A DNA stretch of 58,634 bases, filler included, from Diploschistes diacapsis (lineage: Eukaryota): the NCBI GenBank assembly GCA_023645945.1. It is 7 parts of 7 records of this genome, joined end to end, with 100 filler letters (N's around TTAATTAATTAA, not from the genome) between each part and the next. Parts side by side here need not be neighbours in the genome. Positions count along the whole stretch, not along the records: positions 41,982 to 50,261 come from JALAIB010001175.1; positions 50,362 to 58,634 come from JALAIB010001176.1; 5 more parts are not named here. One strand, written 5' to 3'. A program made the position numbers and the translations under genes. The notes beneath the pieces are model-generated. The model was not told where the DNA came from, searched no databases, and was given only the letters and a program-made list of their open reading frames with translations. Of this stretch, positions 48,967 to 58,634 are shown piece by piece; positions within the stretch are counted from its first letter, which is position 1, and every line of letters starts with the position of its first letter.

Positions 48967-49372
48967 GGTGGATTGGACACCGGAGCTCTTGGTTGGCGCG
49001 GGTTTGATCAATTGAAAATCCAGTTGCGGTGAAAGTACGGCAGAGCATTTACAGATTGTCTATTAGATATCCTAAGGCATAGTGTTGAAAGTGGAAGTAG
49101 GATCACAAAATAGGCAATAAGACTAGGAAAATAAATGGTAAATTGCTTGCATATAATAACAATAATTTATTATTGTAGGAGGTAATGAATGAAGATAGCG
49201 TTAGTAAAGACGGGAGATAAGAGATCTTTTATGACACATTTCACCTAATTAGCGCTTAATGATCAATAATACATTAATCTTCGATAAATATTGGATTTAT
49301 AATCCAACATGATAATGGATTCAATTATCTAACATTTATTAGATCCACGGTCCAGATATTATGAAATCATTA

Positions 49373-49582
49373 ACGTGTTTCACCACATAACGGAACATAC
49401 CACAAAGCGGAACACAATCCCTGCACCTTCGTAAAGTGTATTTCTTAAAGACCGAAGAACGGGGTAATGTGGTTCAGAACAGATTTAGCTTCGCATAAAT
49501 ATGGAAGCGCTCGATCTAACGCAATTACATTATAATGTAATGTTCCGCTTTGTGGTGTGTTCCGTTGTGTAGTGAAACACGT
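49373..49582. mobile_element. pogo/Fot1-type MITE, copy B (210 bp, TA-flanked), same family as 24713-24920
   Basis: TA|ACGTGTTTCACCACATAACGGAACATACCACAAAGCGGAACA ... TGTTCCGCTTTGTGGTGTGTTCCGTTGTGTAGTGAAACACGT|TA. Shares internal blocks with copy A. Confidence 0.87.
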
Positions 49583-49699
49583 TAATCCAATATTTGGATT
49601 AATAATGTCCGGCAACGTAATGGATATATTGAAGTCTATCTAGGAAGTAATCCTACTGTGCAGACTTTTATAGCCCAAGGGATCCGCTAAGCCCTATTG

Positions 49700-50095
49700 C
49701 CTATACTATTCCGAATCGGTTTAGTCAGAATTCTAGAAGGTTCTGCCAGTGAACCTCTTGGAATCAAGCCGAGCTCACAGCCATGTCTTCCGCCTGCCTG
49801 CTCAACAAATAATCTAATAATTCAGATCATCTGTAATCCTTCCTAGTAGTCTATAACTACTAATTTAGTAGGATGTTTATCTATTATTAATAGCATTAGT
49901 GATGTAACTTATCCTGAAGGTTGTAGAACCTTCAGGGTCCTACTAGTAACTAATTAGTCAGATAGACTAACCCATTTAGGCCAATAATCTAATAAAAGTT
50001 ATTTAGATTTCTAAATATTCAGTTAAATTGCATGAGCAGGGGTGTGGGGATGCAATCCCCACAAATAAAGAAAAGCAGGGGTTTGGGGGTGCAAC
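49700..50095. repeat. RIP-scarred repeat remnant with GAA/TTC arrays and a duplicated GC hairpin
   Basis: TpA-rich DNA with AGAATTCTAGAAGGTTCT and GAAGGTTGTAGAACCTTC. GCAGGGGTGTGGGGATGCAATCCCCAC is followed by a second copy GCAGGGGTTTGGGGGTGCAAC. Confidence 0.45.
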
Positions 50096-50261
50096 TGTAG
50101 TAGCCATAGCAGCTATGGCTACAGGCTGTTGCTACTACTAGGAGGTGTCGCTTGCGTGTCGCTTAGACTTACATCTACCGATGTCGCTTGTGACGCCATA
50201 ACCTACGATACCATTAGGCATCCACTATCTATTATTATAAGAACTCGTTACACCTATTTAG
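50096..50261 (+). mobile_element. Possible 5' part of an LTR (truncated by contig end)
   Basis: Begins TGTAG, interrupting the second hairpin copy. Contains the TAGCCATAGC-A-GCTATGGCTA palindrome, TGTCGCTT x3 and a TATA-like TTATAAG. Confidence 0.33.
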
Positions 50262-50361
50262 NNNNNNNNNNNNNNNNNNNNNNNNNNNNNNNNNNNNNNN
50301 NNNNNTTAATTAATTAANNNNNNNNNNNNNNNNNNNNNNNNNNNNNNNNNNNNNNNNNNNN
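50262..50361. other. Artificial contig linker
   Basis: 44 N + TTAATTAATTAA + 44 N. Confidence 0.99.
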
Positions 50362-51074
50362 GGAGGAGGAGGAGGAGGAGTTGAGGGCGTGGGCGGTCGT
50401 TGCTGCGGAGGTTGTGGCGGAGGAGCGGAGAGGGCGGCGGGAACGGAGGGTCGATGTCGGCTGTGCGGGGACCGCTGCTGCGGGCGATGTTGGGGACAAG
50501 TGCGCTGCGTCTTCTTGCGCCATGTGCAGTGCATCCGCCTGCGGCTGCGCGGCGGCTGCGGGCGATAGCCAAACCGCGGGCCGCGGGGCGGGTGCCGCGG
50601 GGTCGGCGAGCGCGGCTAGGATGTCCTCGTCCTCGTCCTCGTCCTCGGACGAGTCAGAGGGCCAGGTCCCATCGTCTTGCTGGCCCAGCTCGTAGAGCCT
50701 GTCGTTGAGCCGTTTGATGAGGTTCCGTTGCTGGAGCAGGGTTTCCTGCGCGGCGTGCTTGCGCGACTGGGTCTTGACGGCGGAGGTGCTGTGCTCGAGG
50801 CGCAGGAGGAGGGTGCGGGCGTATTCGAGGTTCTGGGAGTACCCGGGGGGTGGGGGCGCAGCGTTAGTCGGAAATATGGGAAAGAAGTGAGCGTAGGGTT
50901 TGTTTAGGGGCGTCTTACTGCGGCGGTCTTTGTGCGCTCGTATGGGGAGTGCCGCAGGCGCGAATGTGGGTCGGAGGTGAGGATCTTGGCTTCAAGTCGG
51001 GAGAGTGCGCGGGCGAGGTTGATCGCATCGTAGGCGTCGGTTGGGGACTGCTCGATAGAGAGGGAGCGTGCCAT
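50362..51074 (-). CDS. USE1-like ER SNARE, 5' part (truncated before SNARE/TM region)
   Basis: INLARALSRLEAKIL...LRHSPYERTKTAA, intron 50918-50833, then NLEYARTLLLRLEH...LLQQRNLIKRLNDRLYEL and an acidic stretch. Confidence 0.75.
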
Positions 51075-52546
51075 TGTGGCGAGATTGCGCGTATTGTCTG
51101 ACGGGTGCTGTAGGTTACTGAAGCTCTGATGCGCCATCCTTACAGGTAACATGGGTTCCACCGGTAACGGGGCATTAGCCGAGAATAGTGTGACTAAAAT
51201 GAAAATTTCGAATCATCCTCGACGGTTCTTTTTTCATTCCTCAATTTCTCTATGCATCCATAGGATTTTCTCAGCTACTATCTAGCGAGTCTTCCTAGTT
51301 TACTACTTCATGGCTCAGAGTATGGGCTATCGGAAACTACAACTTTCTCACACAACGGGCTGTTGCAATCCATATCAAAGTTGGCCCTGGACTGACCTGG
51401 GCCTTGCAGGTTGACTGACAAAGGTTATTTGGCTATTCTTGCCTCCTATTTGAGTGAGCACATTCTACTGTGGGCTCCTTTCTTCCCTAGAGACTGCCCT
51501 TTCTCTTTCTATGGTAGGGGAGTCAGAAACTCGAAGTCCTCTCCATGATAGCCATCAGTTTTATGCCTTCCTCCTGTGGCTCTCCCCTCGGTTCTACTTG
51601 AGAACCAGTGAAATCACAAAGCCAGCGGCCAAAATTAAGATTCAAAGAAGCAGCAAGTTGAACTGACGACCATAGGACGCTTGTTAATCTAACAGACATA
51701 ACAGGTATCCAAGGAAACATTCAAAGTTGGGCTTGATGGTACGTACGCCTCGTCTTTTAGGCCGCGATTCACTTGTCATTGATGATCCACTTCATTCGTA
51801 TAGCTCAACTGATGGTTATATCCATGTGAACGAACAAATCATTTCTTTCGCTCCTATCTGAAGATATATTTGAGCCCATGACCATTTCCCAACCTTCTTT
51901 GTGAGAAGAGCTGACGGGTTTGTAACCAGGCAAGTGGGAGTACTGCGTTGTTTCGTTGCACCCATTGCAAGGATTACTGGTATAGGGCCTCAAGTGCGTA
52001 CCTTCTTACTTCAGGCATTTCTGCATGCTTGCATGCTCAAGAGTGAATGGAATCGTGCACGCCTGGCCCTAGGTGATGAAGAGAACGTGGGATTAAACCT
52101 TCAGGGAAGAAATTGTACTTCTGTTTCGGCAGTTCACACTGTAGCGGATTCACGTACAATCCATCGCTATGTCACTAAGAATACGGTATTTAGCGGCAGT
52201 GGCAAAGCGCCGCCTATCATTTTCATTGTCTTACTGAGCCAAGTTGTAGCCATCGTTGGGACATTGCACAGCGAACTCTCTCGAACGGGGAATTAGGTGA
52301 TCATAAAAACATTGTGATTGGTTCGATGCCAGTATGACAGCAGATTTTGCGATAACGACGATACAGCCACAAGGGACGGAGATCATGGAATCCGCGGTGA
52401 AAGATCCGTTTCTATCCCAAACGGGAACATTCCATCCTGAGCCTTGACATTCACCGATTTGGGAAGGAAAGCCTAATCGAAGGATGCACCCTATTCAGTA
52501 ATGGAGGTAACAACCATCCTCGCAAGATTATTCTACTCTGCATGAT

Positions 52547-52572
52547 AAGCAAGCAAGCAAGCAAGCAAGCAA
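52547..52572. repeat. (AAGC)6 microsatellite
   Basis: AAGCAAGCAAGCAAGCAAGCAAGCAA. Confidence 0.9.
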
Positions 52573-55477
52573 TGCTGCATAGTGGATGTGGGGGAAAGAG
52601 CAATTGTCATTCACTTTCACTTGACATTTCAAGCAAATTTGTTCTATCGCATATTCGTGCCGCTTCGTTTACTGTTCGACATATCGGCTCAGAAGTGGGG
52701 ACATTGACGAGGAACCATTGGGTCTCAATTTACGAGATCCAGCCGACAAGATGCATCAACGCATGCGGGATGTCAGATTACCCCATTTGGGACCAATCCT
52801 TGAGGCTTGACTGTCCAACACGAGAACAGCTAGAAAAGCCATCGGCGATGATGAGTTGGCAATTCCACAAGAAACGAAGCTTGGTGTCGCAGCTTTCACT
52901 GCCTCCCCTTACAAACAAACTATCTACGCTCCATATTGTTTGCACACCTCAATCACCCACGGTATTGTCACACCCCATTGCCCCCGCACTGCGAAAGCGC
53001 TTCATCATATCCATATAATAGACCCAGAACCCAGAGCGCAAGGGCCGACGGCAGTGACATTGCCTGTTCCTGAATCAATAACGAAGTAGTCTAGGTTCAA
53101 AAGGGTAGGAGTTGCAACATTTCATCTCCCGGTATCCACCTACAGAGTATTGTTACTATAAAATGTCGCAAACAATAAACTACATGGCAAAAGCAGCTTG
53201 ATTCAGCGGTCCCGCTCCATTTCGTGGCTTCAAAAGTATCTTCTGCTTGGACGGAAACTAGTTAGCTTATCCGGGGGGGATGTTAACCATTAACAACTAT
53301 TAGCTTTTAGCTCCATTTTACTTTATTCTTAAAGCCATCTGCGAGCCAGGCATAGGAGAAAACGCATGCGGCCAGGTGATGCAGGAAACGACATTTGACT
53401 TGATGGATTTCACAGGAAAATGGGAGGCACCCTTGACACGTCAGTCGATCTTCACCATAAGCGGCTAGTTTGGCTAGTTTGGCTAGTTTTGCAGCCTCCG
53501 ACTCTCTTCTCCTGCTTCCCCGACGAATCGGCCGTGCTCGAATCACTCTAGAAGCCATTGGCGTGGGACTTCGGCATTCGCCATGAATCCATTATTACTT
53601 CTTGATCGAAATCAAGGCGCTGAGTTGTGATGTCGCTTGACCGACGCCGATGCAGAGCAGGAACATGGCAATATCCTTGTCGTGTAATGGAATTAACCTC
53701 TTGGATCCAGCAGTGGCCCGTCAGTCAGTCGAGAGAAGCGAAGTGCAACATAGCACCGTAAGTGGGAATACAAGCTCGGCGGTAACTGCTCAGCAAAGTT
53801 GCAGTCGGAAGGTACTGTGTGTTGACGGAGAAGTGAGGTGGACGGCCGTGAGCCAGTGGGCGGTGGGTGATTATGCACTCCACGAAACTAGTCACAGACT
53901 CACGGCAAGCTCTCGCAGCCCTGTCGCAGCCAACGGCAACCCTCCCTCCACCATGCAGTCGCATGCACATTCGTCGCTTTTACACACTCTTTTGCTCACC
54001 GTCATCGTCGCAACCTCCAATCCTGTTTCTCGCCCTTCTCTTCTCCCGGCCCTCTTAACTCGACCCGTCCCCCCTTCCCTTGATTCAGTTCTCCTCTTCC
54101 TTAATTACCTGTTACATGAGCCTCTCGCAGAAACCTATTGGGCATCCGGTTACCTGATTCCTGGAATACAATCCGACAATCAAATTGTTGTCTGAATTGT
54201 GCTTGATTGCTACTCTATCCGTTGGACTTTGCACCCATAGGATTACCTCGAGGATTTTTGGTTTCCCCCAGGTTTTGTTTTGCCGCAGGAATAGGACTGC
54301 CCTGGATATCCTTTGGTTTTCTTTGCTTCATCCAGGACATCTCTCACTTTGTCTTTTTGTTCCCTGGTGGTCCTCGCAATCGCGTTTACAAGGAGCTCTG
54401 TTTCCAAATCTGCAGCCAAGGCGGCGACCAGGACAGTGATCAGCAAATTGACAGGAACATTTTTCATGAGGTAATACCCTTCACCCCTTGCATCATTGTT
54501 TTTGCAATCTTTTATGTTTCGAATTGTTTCTCAATGCCCCTCATCTGGCTCTGGTCAACCGGCGCTATCTGTGGATTACTTTGGAGTACCCCTGGATTTC
54601 GTGATGGACTGTTGACTTCGGCCAATGTGGATGACCATGCTGCTGCTCTTGACTTGTTGAGAAATTGAGCAACTCGTCTAACCAGTGAGCGCATTATGGA
54701 GTCCTTTGACACCTTTTATTCGGACAGAGGCAACCCTGAAGGTTTTCCGGGAACTCTTGCTTGCAATGTGACTCGTTTGTACTTCACAATGCCTACGAGA
54801 GCCGTGCTTTCCTGTTGGAACTCAATACCCTGGACCGGGAAGCTTGTTCAATCTCGGGGTTGACATTGTCTGGATATTGGCCTCAGTTACCGATAGGAAC
54901 CCGTCTTTACCACTGAACCTTATTTGGGAAGCGTTTCTATTCCTAGTGGGCCGGCGTACTACAAGAGGTTTCTCCGGTTAAGGATTTACTAGGCCAACCT
55001 AGTATCTTTGCATGGCTGGTTGCTTTTGCGCTTTCAATTTGAAGTTGCACTAGTAGCCTCCGGTCCCCGTGGCTTATATCTTGTCTCTGCTCCCGGTCAT
55101 GTCCGCTTCGTGTCGCTGGAACTAGTGCTTGCCATCAGCGCAGTTTCCAGAAGTGTCACATGATTGGTATATTTCTACTCCGACAATCCTGTTCCCAGAC
55201 TGTTGCTGATCCAGGCTTCCTTTCCGAGTTGTTTCCTTTCCTGGTTTCCTAGATGGCATCTTTCATCCATGGACCCTTGGCCGTCACTCACGTTTTCTTT
55301 TGATCATGGTTTGTTTTCCCAAGGACCCCAAGCAAGATCTCGCTAACTCCAACGTCTAGTTTACTGTTTATGCATTGCTCTCGTTCAGCGAATTATGACC
55401 TATTGATCGTAGTGACTGACTTTTATTCGTGTAGCAAAAGAAGGCACCCCTCGAGTTCATTTCCAGTGGATACCAAG

Positions 55478-57119
55478 ATGCATTCAAATCCTTTTAGCAA
55501 GGCCTCGCGGAACAGTGTTCCACTACCAAGGAACAGGGAGCTGCGACCGCTGAAGCAAGACCCAGGTGCTACTATTCCGGTGCACTCCCATTTGACGGAC
55601 AACATGATGAACCAGAGCATTGACCAAAGTACCATGTTCAATGATCCCGCTCAGGTTCAGCAATGGGTTACCTCTAGTGCCACGGGCCCCGTTCGTCATG
55701 ATGATCCCTGTCTGTCTTCTCCGTCTCGTAAAGGAAGTTACGGCGTTTTTCAAAGTCCTGCGGAATATTGTGCTACCTTGCAAGATCCCGGTGTCCTTCA
55801 TGTTGACGTGCCTTTACAATTCCCGTACGGGTCGGAACCATATGACGATTGCTTCAACGTCGATGCATTCGCCATAGGGGCCTATCCCTCATTGGTGTCG
55901 GAGCCTCCCTTTGTCACTAATGACGCTCCTTCAAGTGGGCTGGCGTATGATATCCCGGGCTCCGCAGACATGGTGTACACCACGTCAACCAACTCAATCT
56001 TCTTTGCAGACGACTTTTGTGCCAGTGCCGAGGGTTTGAACCGCCTGGATTCGCTGACGCAAGATGGAGCCAATTTCCAGGTGGGATTTTCCGGCGCACA
56101 TGCATGGCCGTCCCCTTCCGGTGCCTCTTTGAACCCTTCCTTGCCGTCTTCATATTCCCATGGTGGCCTCTTCCCTTACCAGGGAAACTCTCCTGTTTCT
56201 TTTGCTACCGAGGATTCGAGCTCCAACGCCTCCATCAACGATGAGGGGTTCCTTCCACCACCCACTGTGGACTGCCCTGTTCAGAATCCATTCGTGAATA
56301 CTTCAAATGATAGTCTGCAATTTGACATGACCAGGTTGGTTGATTAGCACTACAGACCTCAATGCTCTTTTCTAATCGCATCGTAAACAGCACTATTACC
56401 GCATCCAATGGTTTTGCAAGGGCTCCACTTTCGGAGAATACTTTTTGGCCACAGTACCAACTGGCGGACGTTATCAGCCCTGGGATCCCTCTGGACATTT
56501 ACATGTCTCGTCGTGCAAGTGAGCATGACAATTCCTCTGCGCGTCGGAATGAGCTCTACCAACTTGGACCCAAAGAAGATCGCCTATACCACTGCCCTTT
56601 TGAAGTGTCTGATGGCTGCAGACACAAGCCTGAGAAGCTCAAGTGCAACTATGAGTAAGGAGTCGGAACCTTGATGGACGCCTCGTACTGACTCACAAAT
56701 CTAGTAAGCATTTGGACTCGCACCTGAAGCCCTATCGCTGCAAGGTTCCTGCCTGTGGATCTGTTCCTTTTTCTTCTACGGCCTGCCTGCTGCGACATGA
56801 GCGAGAGGCGCACGGGATGCACGGACATGGAGATAGGCCCTATATGTGCTCATATCCGGATTGTGATCGATCTTTGCAAGGGAACGGCTTTCCCCGTCGT
56901 TGGAACTTAATGGACCATATGAAGAGGGTCCATGATCATCAGGTGGCTCCGATGAACGGTCGAGATTCACCCACACTATCGGATAACACCAAGTTATCCC
57001 GTAGACGCCGGACATCTACCTGTTCCCAACCTGCTCCTTCGAGGATCACCAAGAACAATGGAAAGAACGCAGGCGCTGTGAGACAGAAGACTACTCAGCG
57101 ACAAAATTTGGCTTACTGA
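55478..57119 (+). CDS. Fungal C2H2 zinc-finger transcription factor (three fingers; an upstream exon is possible)
   Basis: Introns 56335-56390 and 56655-56704 give YHCPFEVSDGCRHKPEKLKCNYDKHLDSHLKPYRCKVPAC...FSSTACLLRHEREAHGMHGHGDRPYMCSYPDCDR...GFPRRWNLMDHMKRVH. Confidence 0.9.
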
Positions 57120-58634
57120 GCGAGGCGTGCATTCGACCAGCTACAGATCTTGGTTAAAACAGAAACTACAGAGTGGGCAATGTGCGCGCAGCCTAACCCG
57201 AGGCTTGATTTCCAGACACGGCCGATTTTTTACCCTCATATTTCTTTTGCGTTTCTTACACGTTGGCTGTTTGAACAGAACCTTGTGAAAAGGGTAAATA
57301 CCGCAGGATACTTGATACCAGATGCTCCACAGTGAGCACCACATTTCCAGGCGGCCTTTTTTGAACCATTCGGATGGACCACTTGATCGTTGGGCATGCC
57401 TTTCTTGGAAATTCGAAAAACTGTGGGAAGGCTGTTTGACCAGGAAAGCCGAAATTGTGCTTCCAGTACGGACTACTAAAAGGATTCTCGCTCCGCAAGG
57501 ATCAACACATGGAGGGACTATTACTTTGATTGAAAGTGTGCTGCTGATGACGTGTGAACCATGCTTTTGTCTGTGCTTTTCTTACTCGAATGACTTTTGA
57601 GAAGGAGCGTTGTTTGGGGATAACCCGGTGTCTGTTGGATAGCAACAGAAAGGAGCGGACCTATTTTCGGATTGAATGATGACCAGGGGAAGCTTTTCGT
57701 TCTTGTTTGAAGAAGGATATATTGACGACGACGATGAACATACGATAGCAAAGAAGAATTTCTCTTATTCCTGAGAGCCCTCTAAAAAAAACAAAGGAAT
57801 GAAACAGACAAGAAGACTAAATTATCATAAGCCTATAGGCAGACGAAGTACTACACAGGTAAGCAATCCCCAACCATCTCCGTAGTATCTCGAGGTAAGC
57901 ATAACCTCGAATCACCAAACTCCCTCTGCTACCTACCATGACTTGCACTGTCACCCTGGACACCACCACCGTGTAACGTTGCCGCTGTCATAACAGAACC
58001 TCATTCATATCTCATGAGGGGAAGTGGATGTGCTCAACGCCATCGGACCTGATATGGGGACAGACGCATGCATCATCTCCACCGATGACCAAGCAACTGG
58101 GGCACTCCTTCAGGAAATCTCACATGGCCCAGCCAGCACATGTACTCACTACAAAAGTATCTGCATCTCAGCCAGTGTGAGCCTTTCACTCCACATGTGG
58201 GACGCGAGCTGCTGTCAATCACGCATGCTGCACGATGGACACAGGTGTCTCGATTCGGCCGGCTTGCAGATTTGGCTACAAGCTTGATCCCCATGCGATT
58301 CGCTGCCCTGCTCGCTTTACCCCCCCTGCCTGCCTTTTTCTCCATATACATTTATACATATGGGAAGCAGAGCATCCACACTGGCCGACTTGCCAACGGG
58401 CAAAGTATAACTCTCTATCTTTTATGCGAATGGGTGGAGAGAGAGCCAGCCGGGGGGTTTGCAATCCGTTGCTGCCAATTTTCTTTCGAGGGGCAACGCG
58501 AGATATACGATTGATTGATCGGTCGGGAAAGCAGGAATCCGCTAGAGGCTACATTGCCTGCCTCAAGCAGCCGGAACGTAAGAGGGTTTTTTTTTTTTTT
58601 TTACTGCAACCTTACCAGGAGCTTCCCTTGAGAG

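Noticed and set aside
53650..54668. 181-aa and 153-aa plus-strand ORFs upstream of the C2H2 gene
   Set aside because: Composition looks like pyrimidine-rich leader/intron DNA and there are no domains.
1..58634. tRNA, rRNA, CRISPR or prokaryotic operons
   Set aside because: None recognised by eye. The DNA is intron-containing fungal sequence, and a tRNAscan/Rfam run would be needed to exclude small RNAs.

Overview
Filamentous ascomycete (Pezizomycotina) nuclear DNA. Eurotiomycete/lichen-type affinity is my inference only. The window is not one locus. It is seven ~8.3-kb contigs joined by artificial 100-nt linkers (44 N + TTAATTAATTAA + 44 N) in non-increasing length order, so nothing can be inferred across a linker. 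Genes have short GT-AG introns. Contig 1: PRE8 (partial), a RING-CH membrane E3 ligase, a DDP1/Aps1 Nudix hydrolase, ATE1. Contig 2: an AHC1-like protein, an Alba-like protein, a probable SET-domain pseudogene, and a secreted prepro-peptide gene with an early in-frame stop. Contig 3: a coiled-coil protein, Sfr1/Mei5, HRD3, a SnoaL/NTF2-like enzyme. Contig 4: TRM11 (partial), a bZIP factor. Contig 5: MRPL17 (partial), an X-family DNA polymerase, a CBM48-like membrane protein, and an intronless metallophosphoesterase resembling mycobacterial PptH. Contig 6: a RIP-damaged WRKY/GCM1-like (Mutator-type) relic, a yellow/MRJP protein, a divergent sterol C24-methyltransferase, a GNAT. Contig 7: a USE1-like SNARE (partial), a C2H2 factor. 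Mobile DNA includes two diverged copies of a ~210-bp TA-flanked pogo/Fot1-type MITE, a 106-bp Tc1/mariner foldback element and RIP-scarred AT-rich ends. The best leads are the PptH-like hydrolase, the Kex2/Ste13-type peptide precursor and the MITE family. All identifications come from motif recognition by eye; no searches were run.
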